Shown here in pieces: positions 47,882 to 56,730 of a stretch of DNA of 64,000 bases (its first letter is position 1; each line of letters starts with the position of its first letter). The notes beneath the pieces were generated by a model. That model searched no databases, was not told where the DNA came from, and worked only from the letters and a program-made list of their open reading frames with translations. Source of the stretch: a virus (taxonomy: Duplodnaviria; Caudoviricetes); the IMG/VR virus record IMGVR_UViG_3300014204_000006, positions 1 to 64,000 of that record; one strand, given 5' to 3'. Made by a program: the position numbers and the translations under genes.

Positions 47882-48676
47882 TTAGGAAGTCATCCTCCTT
47901 AATGCCTCCTTGAACGTTATTTTTCCCTCTAGGAACTGTTTTGGAAGACTTATAGGGTATTGGACACCTGTTTGTCTATCAATATGCTTCACAAAAATTG
48001 TAGTATCTACCAAAAATGGGAACTCTTTCTTCTGGTATTTAGACCATCCGGCTTTTACAAAAATATTATCGTCTTTAAGACGTTTGCACCAAGCCAGGTC
48101 TGACGTTCCGGACTGATTCATCCATCCCCCAGTTAAAGGATCAATGTAACTCTCTGAAGGATTATCAAACACCCTTCTTGTGACCACTCCGTTCACCATA
48201 TATTCCGGAGACTCTTTCCATAATTCACGGATTATAGATCCGTGGATAAGGGTAAATCCAAAGGGTATCCCGTCAACCCAAACTTTATCGCCTAGTTTCC
48301 AGTCTGCGTAGTATCCCTGCCCCATTCCCCTGTACAAAATCGGTTCAGGGGGCACAGATTTGGTAAAATAAAGCCCGGATACTATGGGGACATTCCCTCT
48401 AATCATGTATTCATTAAGTTTCACTAAGGCGTTAAGAGGGGGCAAATTATCATCTTCCCAACTAAGGAACCACTCCGATTCTTGTTCTACTACAATCTTT
48501 GCAGTTAAATTCTCTGCATCTGCCAATTGATAACCTAGGGGAGCATATGAGTTCATAAACTGGTGCACATCTACCAGGCTAAAATTGCATGGGATTGTTT
48601 GACCGAATCTGGCATTTACCCATTCAAATCTTACATTTCCTAATGTTGGAGTCCCTATTATTAACCTATTTTTCAT
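47882..48676 (-). CDS. GT2-like glycosyltransferase
   Basis: IGTPTLG, FLSWEDD, IVSGLYF, GFTLIH, SDLAWC, VKHI. Confidence 0.75.
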   Translation of the reverse strand: MKNRLIIGTPTLGNVRFEWVNARFGQTIPCNFSLVDVHQFMNSYAPLGYQLADAENLTAKIVVEQESEWFLSWEDDNLPPLNALVKLNEYMIRGNVPIVSGLYFTKSVPPEPILYRGMGQGYYADWKLGDKVWVDGIPFGFTLIHGSIIRELWKESPEYMVNGVVTRRVFDNPSESYIDPLTGGWMNQSGTSDLAWCKRLKDDNIFVKAGWSKYQKKEFPFLVDTTIFVKHIDRQTGVQYPISLPKQFLEGKITFKEALRRMTS

Positions 48677-48926
48677 CTATTTTTTCATAAGTTTTTTTAA
48701 AAATATCTGGCTTACATGGATAAAATTCTCCGTTGACTCCTCTTATTATCCAATCATTTTTAGAACATCTCATTTTTCCCTCCAACGTATTAATGTAAAA
48801 AGATTCGCTTCCCATTTCTCCAGGATCCCATTTATGTCCTATTAAGTTAATAACCTCATCCATCGACTGTTTTGTCGATAAAAATTGTACTGCATCAACA
48901 ACTACCGGTTTTTTTCTAAATTTCAT
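48666..48926 (-). CDS. Widespread small phage protein (KKPVV.EA.Q / TLEG / FYPCKPDIF family)
   Basis: MKFRKKPVVVDAVQF...INTLEG...GEFYPCKPDIFKKTYE; start approximate. Confidence 0.75.
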   Translation of the reverse strand: MKFRKKPVVVDAVQFLSTKQSMDEVINLIGHKWDPGEMGSESFYINTLEGKMRCSKNDWIIRGVNGEFYPCKPDIFKKTYEKIDEK

Positions 48927-48927
48927 A

Positions 48928-49563
48928 TTATTTTGATAAACATTTATAACTTTTATCAACCTTTCTTTTCTCTAAAGCCAACTCAACAAAACCATTTTTA
49001 TCATAAAAACACCTTAAAATCTTCCAGGGCTTAGGCCTATATATGGTGTAAAGATTGTAATAGTTTCCTGCGCTATCTTTTACCAATGGATCAAAATACG
49101 CCATTGTGACATGAGATATAGGATTAACGTGGGTTGGATCTTGCCAAAAGCCTGTTGAACCAGCATACGGAAATGATGCTATAACCTGGCCACCTGGCTT
49201 TGTAATGCGCCATAATTCGTCCATAAAACGTACAAAACCGCCTAGGAATTCGTGTTCTCCAACATAGTTAGAGATATCCTTTGCGGTTACAATTTTTTTA
49301 TCTAAAAGTAGATTTATAAGCCCTGATAGTCTTGGATCTGATGATGCTGGATTAATGTGCTCAAGTAAGTGCGATGCTACAACAACGTCTGCTACTTCTG
49401 ATGGGATATTCTTCCATGGATATAAAGATAGATTTTGGACCACATCAACTCCATCTAATTTTCTGAAATCTACACCTATCGACCCTGGTCTTTTATTTTC
49501 TCCTGAACCTAAATCGATTGTGATCATTCCTTTCTTTTCCCAAATAGTTGACTTCTTTCTCAT
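48928..49563 (-). CDS. Class I SAM methyltransferase
   Basis: IDLGSG, SHLLEH, ELWRITKPGG, QDPTH. Confidence 0.85.
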   Translation of the reverse strand: MRKKSTIWEKKGMITIDLGSGENKRPGSIGVDFRKLDGVDVVQNLSLYPWKNIPSEVADVVVASHLLEHINPASSDPRLSGLINLLLDKKIVTAKDISNYVGEHEFLGGFVRFMDELWRITKPGGQVIASFPYAGSTGFWQDPTHVNPISHVTMAYFDPLVKDSAGNYYNLYTIYRPKPWKILRCFYDKNGFVELALEKRKVDKSYKCLSK

Positions 49564-49592
49564 ATCTAATTTTTTATTTATTATCTAATTTC

Positions 49593-49621
49593 ATTATGTT
49601 CTTAGAGTTGCTATTTGTCAA
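49593..49621 (-). promoter_or_regulatory. Sigma70-type promoter heading the glycosylation cluster
   Basis: TTGACA-N17-CATAAT; CTTGACAAATAG identical to site at 8172. Confidence 0.6.
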
Positions 49622-49630
49622 GAGTGTATC

Positions 49631-49656
49631 AAAAAACCCCATTTTATTGGGGTTTT
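49631..49656 (-). terminator. Intrinsic terminator
   Basis: AAAACCCCA-loop-TGGGGTTTTTT after the 166-aa gene. Confidence 0.7.
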
Positions 49657-49668
49657 ACAACAATATTT

Positions 49669-50169
49669 TTAAGAAAAGCGGATTTGATATGATCCCTGAA
49701 TCGCCTGGTTCGTTTGTAGAACAGAACTCGCAAAAGTATTTCCTGCAAAAATAGTCCCGGCCTGAGATGTAGAAGAATGATTAATAAGTCCAATATTTGT
49801 AATGGTGTGAGGAGCAGTATAGACATTAGAATTTAATGTAAATGCAAATTGTAATGTTTTTGATGCTATAACAGTCGGAGTAACCGCACAGCGAGTACCT
49901 GCTACATCTGTTATTTCACCATCCAAGGATGTGGCAGTGGCCCCGGGGGCCGTGCCCTCTCCTAGCATGGCATGAGTAACCTGTTTTGATCCAGCAATGC
50001 CTCCTAACGTCATACATAAATATTGAGAAAATCCATCATTGGTTATCTGATTTTCATTCCAACCGGAATCGCCTACAACTTTACCATTTTCACATATTTG
50101 TAACTTAAAGAATCCTCTGGCCTTTATGCCTTCTGACTTTCCGCTTTTTTTCTTTTTTAATTTTGCCAT
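49669..50169 (-). CDS. Virion structural protein (fibre-attachment-like)
   Basis: ENQITNDG...MLGEGT.P.AT.TSL.GEI...ITNIGL pattern typical of fibre N-terminal domains. Confidence 0.55.
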   Translation of the reverse strand: MAKLKKKKSGKSEGIKARGFFKLQICENGKVVGDSGWNENQITNDGFSQYLCMTLGGIAGSKQVTHAMLGEGTAPGATATSLDGEITDVAGTRCAVTPTVIASKTLQFAFTLNSNVYTAPHTITNIGLINHSSTSQAGTIFAGNTFASSVLQTNQAIQGSYQIRFS

Positions 50170-50199
50170 ATTACCTTATTTTAAGTTATTAAATAATGC

Positions 50200-51120
50200 T
50201 TATCCTAATGAAGGAGAAACCGAAGGAGAAGGGGATGTTGATGGAGAAATAGAAGGTGAAGTAGATGATGATGGAGAAATTGAAGGAGATTTTGATGGAG
50301 AAAGTGAAGGTGATTTGGAAGGGGAAAGTGAAACTGAAGGGGAGACAGAAGGTGAAATTGAGGGTGAAAGTGAAATTGAAGGGGAGACAGAAGGTGATTT
50401 AGACGGTGATAATGAAGGTGATAATGAAGGTGATAATGAAGGTGATTTAGAAACAGAAGGAGAAATTGACGGAGACAATGAAGCTGAAGGGGAAACAGAT
50501 GGTGATGGAGATGGACTAGTAGAAACTCCCACCAAATCAACTGAGGTTGTATCAGATGATTTCGGATTTACAACCAAGGATTGAGTTCCTACAACATTAA
50601 CTGAGCCCATGGTCATCGATGTAGAGGATTTTTCCAAAACCCATAAAGACAAAGGTCCGTATGGTATAGAAGTATCCGAAACAGAATATATTTGAACTCT
50701 ATTAATAAAAAATTTAGCAGTTCCGGCCTCCCATCTTATAGTAAATTCTACATTAATTCCATTCCAATCGCTATTCCATTCTAAATCAGATGATTCTGTC
50801 GTGACTCCTTTATTTGATGTTTGACAATTAAGAGTGTCAGTAATAGAAAATCTGATATAATCAGATCCATCTGAAGAAGAAACGCCAAATAGGCGATTAT
50901 CTCCTGCAGTGGGAGATCCTGGTATAGTAAGATTATAAGTTATTTCTCCTTTAACAAAATCTGAAAAATGGACCATTACTGAAGCTATCCCTGATCCTGT
51001 ATATACGGCAATTCTGCCAAAGGCATTTATAGCGGGAGTACCTGAAATAACTCTCCATGAGTTGGTATCAAGACCTTGTCTGAATGGATCGTACTTAAAA
51101 CTCTTTAATATTTCTGACAT
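50200..51120 (-). CDS. Lectin-like beta-sandwich protein with C-terminal Ser-Pro repeats
   Basis: FTIRWEAGTAKFFIN; ~105-aa SP tail. Confidence 0.7.
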   Translation of the reverse strand: MSEILKSFKYDPFRQGLDTNSWRVISGTPAINAFGRIAVYTGSGIASVMVHFSDFVKGEITYNLTIPGSPTAGDNRLFGVSSSDGSDYIRFSITDTLNCQTSNKGVTTESSDLEWNSDWNGINVEFTIRWEAGTAKFFINRVQIYSVSDTSIPYGPLSLWVLEKSSTSMTMGSVNVVGTQSLVVNPKSSDTTSVDLVGVSTSPSPSPSVSPSASLSPSISPSVSKSPSLSPSLSPSLSPSKSPSVSPSISLSPSISPSVSPSVSLSPSKSPSLSPSKSPSISPSSSTSPSISPSTSPSPSVSPSLG

Positions 51121-51149
51121 AAGATTTTAAAATTATCCTTTATAGTATA

Positions 51150-51165
51150 AATATACCATAGTCCC
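51150..51165 (-). promoter_or_regulatory. Putative late promoter
   Basis: GGGACT-ATGG-TATATT. Confidence 0.55.
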
Positions 51166-51184
51166 TAAAATCCTATTTTATTTG

Positions 51185-51739
51185 CTAAGAAACAACCTCT
51201 TTTTCATTCTTTTCCGTTTCTTCGCTTTCTTCTGGAATATCAGTTTTTACTTCTTTTTTCCCAGATTTAGGTTTTCTTCCTGGTTTTCTTCCTCTAGTCT
51301 TTGGCTTATCCTTAGCCTCTTTATTGTTTTTAACTAGACTTTCTAGAGTATCTTTAACCATTGTTGGGAGCATAGTTTTAGCCATTTCAATAGCTAATGA
51401 TTTCACCATCTTCTGCATTTCAGGGCTGAGTTGTTTTTTATCTCCTGTTAATCCGACTGGGGTTCCAAACTTAATTTCTGTTATTTCATGTTGAGGTTCG
51501 GAAGCTTTTCTTGTCGATTCATATGGATCAACAGCCAAGTTTTCAGAAGAAATAAAGTCACTATTGAACCCTGGATGTTTTATCATCATAGATACCAGGT
51601 CCTCTTGTTCGACTTCTGCCACTCCATCCTTAAATCTAACTGATATTGTAGGAATTTGTGGTGTGCCGGTAAGAGGTTGGGCTGACATCCCTGGTCTTAA
51701 AACAATCAATAAATTTGAGCTTTTTGAGATAAATTTCAT
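51185..51739 (-). CDS. Hypothetical protein, charged C-terminus
   Basis: 184-aa ORF. Confidence 0.7.
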   Translation of the reverse strand: MKFISKSSNLLIVLRPGMSAQPLTGTPQIPTISVRFKDGVAEVEQEDLVSMMIKHPGFNSDFISSENLAVDPYESTRKASEPQHEITEIKFGTPVGLTGDKKQLSPEMQKMVKSLAIEMAKTMLPTMVKDTLESLVKNNKEAKDKPKTRGRKPGRKPKSGKKEVKTDIPEESEETEKNEKEVVS

Positions 51740-51808
51740 ATATTTTATTCATAGTTTGATTAATTTTTTTGTGCTTATAGGGCGGCTTTTACACCGCCCC
51801 ATAATGAT

Positions 51809-52510
51809 CTATTTTACAATTCCAGTAACTCGTACATAATTTCCAGCAGCATCACTCAAAGCAGCGGCATCTTTAACTAGGGCAACGATTTCCTCGTCAA
51901 CTCCACCAGTTATTCCGACCTCTCCTCCTGCGAAATTAATTGTTGTTGCTGTAGTATCTACAGAAAGTTCTCCAAATACTTGTGTCTCGACTGTTCCTTT
52001 ACGGATCCAGATTTGGACACTATCAGCAGCAGCTGTTCCCATGTTCACAGAATATTTCAATTCTCTAAGCTCAACAGAATGCCCTTTAGGAGCATCAAAG
52101 TCTCGAGCAGGTGTCAAACAAACAGCAATCTGAAGTGAAGCATCTGTATCTTGTTTAACATCCCAGATTACTAGTCCATTAGTATCAGCTGACGCTGTTA
52201 CAGCACCATCTACCAAGGTAGAAGCACTTGCTTTTGAACGGAGTGCATCAATGATTTTAGCCTCCCATCTTCCTGTTGCATTAATAGCATCTACAACTGC
52301 ACCATAAGTAGTGTATGTTGCGAATGCGATAGTATCTGTAGTTACGCTTCCTACCAATACAATGTTTGTAGCGGTAGTAACCGTTACTGAGGTAGCTGTT
52401 TCTGTTCCTATTTTTCTCAATCGGATAGCTACTGAGCCATTAGTGCCTGCTTGAATAACAGTTCCTTTAGCCAGTAGTTCTCGGATTTCCAATGAATCTT
52501 TTGAAGCCAT
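51809..52510 (-). CDS. Putative capsid decoration/minor structural protein
   Basis: Thr/Ala/Val-rich, directly downstream of the major capsid gene. Confidence 0.55.
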   Translation of the reverse strand: MASKDSLEIRELLAKGTVIQAGTNGSVAIRLRKIGTETATSVTVTTATNIVLVGSVTTDTIAFATYTTYGAVVDAINATGRWEAKIIDALRSKASASTLVDGAVTASADTNGLVIWDVKQDTDASLQIAVCLTPARDFDAPKGHSVELRELKYSVNMGTAAADSVQIWIRKGTVETQVFGELSVDTTATTINFAGGEVGITGGVDEEIVALVKDAAALSDAAGNYVRVTGIVK

Positions 52511-52648
52511 ATTTTTGTAATTAATTTAATTAGTTTGTTAATTATATTGAGTCAATTACCCGTGACTATATCGGGCCCCAGAGGGGCCGGAGATGATTTA
52601 TTGTCCCATCTCCGGGAAGGACTATGCATCCAAACTAGAATGCAGCGA

Positions 52649-53893
52649 TTATGCAGTTACACCTTTCAACATTGCGTGCCTTGGAGCTTGTTTTCTCTCC
52701 AAACCAGCTTCTGTGATGTATTGATCAATCTCACCATCTACATCTGGAGCTTGAATATTTGTTTCAAGTTTAGTATCTCTACCGTCCATATATCTGTATC
52801 TGAAACATTCCATATCTAGCAAGTAAGCTGTTCCGGCTAGGTCTTCAACAAACAACGGGTTGTGAACAATATTGATTGTTCCAAAAGCTGTAGTCCACTC
52901 TGAGATTCTTACGCCATAAGTAGTATCTCCAGTTTTTGTGATAACTTGACCTCTAGCAATTTCGTTGATAGCTTGCAAAACTATTCCACCTGCAAACATC
53001 ACTTTTGTGTTGTTTCCATATGTGAAAGCCTCTCTCAAGAAGTTGTTCAAATCAGGAGCAGTAAGAGGACCACCCTGGTTTTGAACGAATGAACTTCCAG
53101 CTGAAAGGAATTCATCAATACCTCCAGTAGCACGTCTAGCATATGTAGAAGTATCTGAATTCTTCTGTCCAAACCAGAAAGCACGTTCGATATCAAGAGC
53201 ATGTTCGGTACCTTTCTTAGCCCTTTGATAAGGAAGATCTTTTCCTCCATATAGAGCGGCAGCCTTTTCAGTGTTGGAAACAGCAATTGTAGTCTTGAAA
53301 ATCTGAGTATAATTGCTTTGACTTGTAGATCGGGTAATATTTTGAGCACGAGCTCCAGTATTTTCAGCGTTAACATTACCTACAATAAACAATCCATCTC
53401 CAGCAGCGATAGCAGCAGCAGCAACATCTCCATAAGAGTTTGTTACAGCAATAGTATCACCATCAGTGATAGCTGTTACCAGCATGTTTTCTCCAGTTCT
53501 TGCATTTCGGACAATATCTCCAATTGTGAAGATATAAGCAGAATTAGAACCGGCTCCTGTTACATTAATAGATCCAGCAGAAGCATTCGCAGCAGCAGCA
53601 GCGCGAGCATATCGGCCTCCGTATACATCTTCAAACCATTTGAACTCTGGATTAGTTGTAACAGCCTTCATAATACTTGATCCGGTCCAAGCTTTTCCAT
53701 CCCACACTTTTCCTACATTAGTAAGCAAAGATACTAGGGGATGCTTGTTTGGTTCAAGCAAGAAAATTTTATCAACTGCATCTACAATCAATCGTCCTTC
53801 AGCTGAAGATACCGAGGTATCTCGAGCTCCTTGTATTCCACCAGTTCCAACTCCATCATGAGTAGGCTCTGTGTAATAAGGGTAATTAGCCAT
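52649..53893 (-). CDS. Major capsid protein (HK97 fold, SU10-like)
   Basis: FKWFED, SNYTQIFKTTIAVSNT, HALDIERAFWFG, RRATGGI, ITEAGLE. Confidence 0.85.
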   Translation of the reverse strand: MANYPYYTEPTHDGVGTGGIQGARDTSVSSAEGRLIVDAVDKIFLLEPNKHPLVSLLTNVGKVWDGKAWTGSSIMKAVTTNPEFKWFEDVYGGRYARAAAAANASAGSINVTGAGSNSAYIFTIGDIVRNARTGENMLVTAITDGDTIAVTNSYGDVAAAAIAAGDGLFIVGNVNAENTGARAQNITRSTSQSNYTQIFKTTIAVSNTEKAAALYGGKDLPYQRAKKGTEHALDIERAFWFGQKNSDTSTYARRATGGIDEFLSAGSSFVQNQGGPLTAPDLNNFLREAFTYGNNTKVMFAGGIVLQAINEIARGQVITKTGDTTYGVRISEWTTAFGTINIVHNPLFVEDLAGTAYLLDMECFRYRYMDGRDTKLETNIQAPDVDGEIDQYITEAGLERKQAPRHAMLKGVTA

Positions 53894-53922
53894 ATTTTTA
53901 TGTCTTTATTGTTAATTAAGTA

Positions 53923-54717
53923 TTAACCACCGAAGAACGTATTAGGATTTGGTCTTCCGGCGATCAATTTGTCCACCATTGGGGTTCCGTCTGAAGAGAA
54001 TTGAGCAGTATTTCCTCCGCCTGGTGCGTTGGACAATATTTCCTTAGCTCTTTCTGCTTCTGCAATCTCGGCGGCTTTCTTTGCTTTTTCCTCTGACATT
54101 TTACCTTTCACAGCGTAGTAAGCGACTTCTATATCGGTTACTTCATGTGTATCAAGCCATTTGTCAATGTCATCAGCATACTCCTGAAAGTCCTTTGTGT
54201 TTTCTATGAACTTTTGCGAATAATCTTGGAATTTTTCCAAATCTGCTTTTTCTTCAAACTCCTTTCGAAATTTGGATACTTCAGCTTCTACAAGTTTTGC
54301 TACTGAATCTGGTGTGGCAAGATTATAAGCCTTGTCTCCCAGTTTCTCTTTGACACTCTCATTAGCTTGTTGAACTATTGCAGCGTCTCTAACATCTACT
54401 CTTCCTTCCATTACCGCCTGAGCAATATCCTTGTCAACCTTTCCATCGATGATAGCTTGTACCAGTTCTGGAGATTGATCGAGTTTATCAAGCAAGGGCG
54501 CAATGTTCTGAAAGAACTGACGATATTCTCCTAACTCTTGGCCTTGGGTTCCAAAGCGGGAAACCAAGTCGTCATATGCTTTTGAGTTATCACCATTTTC
54601 TCCTCCTGTCTTGTTCGTCTCCCCTCCCGGATCACCTTGGTTAGGTGTTGTAGGAGGAACGGCTGGGCTACCCGCCGGAGCGGACCCTAAATTAGGATCA
54701 ACGTTATTAATATTCAT
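53923..54717 (-). CDS. Putative scaffolding protein
   Basis: Acidic helical protein, YDDLVSRFGTQGQELGEYR, immediately upstream of capsid gene. Confidence 0.65.
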   Translation of the reverse strand: MNINNVDPNLGSAPAGSPAVPPTTPNQGDPGGETNKTGGENGDNSKAYDDLVSRFGTQGQELGEYRQFFQNIAPLLDKLDQSPELVQAIIDGKVDKDIAQAVMEGRVDVRDAAIVQQANESVKEKLGDKAYNLATPDSVAKLVEAEVSKFRKEFEEKADLEKFQDYSQKFIENTKDFQEYADDIDKWLDTHEVTDIEVAYYAVKGKMSEEKAKKAAEIAEAERAKEILSNAPGGGNTAQFSSDGTPMVDKLIAGRPNPNTFFGG

Positions 54718-54745
54718 ATATTTATTTAGTTTATTAACTTTTTAC

Positions 54746-54761
54746 ATTATACACTAGTACT
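54746..54761 (-). promoter_or_regulatory. Putative late promoter for scaffold-capsid operon
   Basis: AGTACT-AGTG-TATAAT. Confidence 0.65.
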
Positions 54762-54912
54762 ATTTTTTTGTTCCACATCCGCCTTTCCCCATCTTCTCTT
54801 TTCTCCTGGCAGAAAGTTTTTCTACAATTCCTAAGAGAGCTTTTCCCTTTTTGGAACCGAAGCCTTTTCTTCCATTCAGAGCAGACATTACCCCAGTTGT
54901 TTTTGAACTCAT
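54760..54912 (-). CDS. 50-aa basic protein ending MGKGGCGTKK
   Basis: Manual translation MSSKTTGVMSALNGRKGFGSKKGK... Confidence 0.55.
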   Translation of the reverse strand: MSSKTTGVMSALNGRKGFGSKKGKALLGIVEKLSARRKEKMGKGGCGTKK

Positions 54913-54930
54913 ATTTTTTAAAAAAATTAA

Positions 54931-55296
54931 TTATTTATTTGACGATCTAGACCTCGATACATATTTATATTTAAATTTATTATTTTTAGTCACTTTGTCC
55001 TGGACTGACGAATTTTTATTCGTCATGCTTTGAGCTCCTTTAAGTGCCAATAGCGTTATTCCAACTCTCCCAGCACTTTTTAAGGCATCTAATCCAGAAG
55101 TCTTGTCTGGAATATTTTTCTGCAGAGTTTTGCCATACAGGGAATTAGGGACAGACAGTTTGGCCAATTTAGATCCTGCATAATCTGCCAGGTCGGACCC
55201 CCCTGATGCATCCGTTATAAATTTAGCCCCTTTCTGAAGAGTTTTGTTAAAAACAACCTTTTTAACCATGTCTTTCAGCATATTCCACTTTCCCAT
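54931..55296 (-). CDS. Basic hypothetical protein
   Basis: 121-aa ORF behind promoter motif. Confidence 0.6.
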   Translation of the reverse strand: MGKWNMLKDMVKKVVFNKTLQKGAKFITDASGGSDLADYAGSKLAKLSVPNSLYGKTLQKNIPDKTSGLDALKSAGRVGITLLALKGAQSMTNKNSSVQDKVTKNNKFKYKYVSRSRSSNK

Positions 55297-55321
55297 AAAT
55301 TTATTTTAAAGTTATTATGCA

Positions 55322-55337
55322 ATTATATCAAAGTACT
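55322..55337 (-). promoter_or_regulatory. Putative late promoter
   Basis: AGTACT-TTGA-TATAAT. Confidence 0.65.
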
Positions 55338-55738
55338 TAAAAAGCACTTTTGATTGACTTTCTAAGTTTCTTCAATTTTATACTTTTTAATTTTGGACTT
55401 TTAAACCTAGTTATTTTTATTTTAAAAGAACTAGCTTTTTTATCCTTTAATAAAGACTTTAAAAGGGATGAAGATGATGGTACGCTTATCCCTTTAGCTT
55501 TTTTTGATTTTCCTTTTCCTGAAAAAGAACTTTTTATGGAAAAGCCTGCTTTCTTAACACCATAACCTATAGATGACAATCCTCCTGGTCCCCCTTTTCC
55601 GTTTTTTACAGCCATTTTTAAGAGTTTCTTTTTTGAAGAATAAACACTATTTTTCATTCTTCCGTCACTTATAGAATCTGCAGTTGTAATCGGTGTTGAC
55701 TGTTGCATATTTTTATTGAATCTTTCCTTCCGGATCAT
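55337..55738 (-). CDS. Lys/Ser-rich highly basic protein (possible DNA-condensing core protein)
   Basis: K/S-rich C-terminal half after GKGGPG; real start may be the internal MQQSTP. Confidence 0.55.
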   Translation of the reverse strand: MIRKERFNKNMQQSTPITTADSISDGRMKNSVYSSKKKLLKMAVKNGKGGPGGLSSIGYGVKKAGFSIKSSFSGKGKSKKAKGISVPSSSSLLKSLLKDKKASSFKIKITRFKSPKLKSIKLKKLRKSIKSAF

Positions 55739-56090
55739 AATTAGTATTTTCTTCTATATCTTCCTCTTCTTTCTTAGATGAATTTAATTCTATTACATAA
55801 TTTTCAATGTCAGATAAACCGGCTAATGCTCCCTGAGACCAAGAAATTGTATGAGGGTCGTTACTCGGATTGCATGTTCTCAATTGAGAATCTAATAGCA
55901 TCGTTCTTATACTGACATATTTGAGCATAGCTATCCACTCACGTTTTGATATTAATTCCTTCATAAGTGTTTCCATTTCCTTAGAAGTCATTTCTACCAT
56001 TTGGCTGTTTATTTCTTTAGTAAAATAAGCCCTTACATTAGATATAGGTTGTTCTTTTACTGTCTCCTGTTTTTTTTCTCCTTTTTTCAT
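55713..56090 (-). CDS. Hypothetical head-module protein
   Basis: 125 aa, between portal and scaffold. Confidence 0.65.
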   Translation of the reverse strand: MKKGEKKQETVKEQPISNVRAYFTKEINSQMVEMTSKEMETLMKELISKREWIAMLKYVSIRTMLLDSQLRTCNPSNDPHTISWSQGALAGLSDIENYVIELNSSKKEEEDIEENTNYDPEGKIQ

Positions 56091-56107
56091 AATTTTAATT
56101 TAATTTT

Positions 56108-56716
56108 TTAATATCCCCAAATTCCTAAATTGCTTACTGGAGGTGGTTGATTGTATCCAGTCTTCGAGTATCCAGGGCCACCAGCTCCTCCAGTAGGGGG
56201 AGTAGTTGTTATAGCGGGAGGTGCGGTCGGGAGAGTTTCAGACGGCATAGTAGCCTGGGTCCCATCACCCTTTGTGGCCTTAATTTTATCTAGAATCGCC
56301 TGAATATCTGAGCTTCCTCCACCTGATGGTGCTCCAGCAGGAGGCAAAGTGCTTTCAGTGACTCCATTTAAGCTATCCCATTCCTTGGAGTAATTTTTAT
56401 AAGCTCCGATAACTGCTTTTACCCCGTTAACCAGTTCGTTTACACTTCTTCCTGGTTTATTAAGGAGATTCCCCATCATTTTTTGCAATAATTCTCTTTT
56501 AAGCCCATCTGTCTTTCCTCCAGATGGAGCAGAATCTTCTGATGTTTCTCCAGAATCAGGAATTACTTGATCAGTCGGAGCTTGTTCTGGCATAGCTCCA
56601 GACATATTTGGAGAGATGCTTGATGTTTGATCCCCAGACATATCTGGTGGAACCATCGATGAGGTTGGATCTTCAGGGCTTATTGGTATTCCTGGTCCTT
56701 GTGCTAAATTATCCAT
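56108..56716 (-). CDS. Pro-rich hypothetical head-module protein
   Basis: 202 aa; contains GAGGPGY. Confidence 0.65.
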   Translation of the reverse strand: MDNLAQGPGIPISPEDPTSSMVPPDMSGDQTSSISPNMSGAMPEQAPTDQVIPDSGETSEDSAPSGGKTDGLKRELLQKMMGNLLNKPGRSVNELVNGVKAVIGAYKNYSKEWDSLNGVTESTLPPAGAPSGGGSSDIQAILDKIKATKGDGTQATMPSETLPTAPPAITTTPPTGGAGGPGYSKTGYNQPPPVSNLGIWGY

Positions 56717-56730
56717 ATTTTTTAAAATTA

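Noticed and set aside
38229-49563. Cassette as host O-antigen locus or DNA hypermodification system
   Set aside because: No flippase/polymerase/membrane GT or base-modifying partner seen; embedded among virion genes. Less likely but not formally excluded
51780-51800. GGGGCGG/CCGCCCC hairpin as terminator
   Set aside because: No U-tract on the coding strand; more likely a stabilising hairpin
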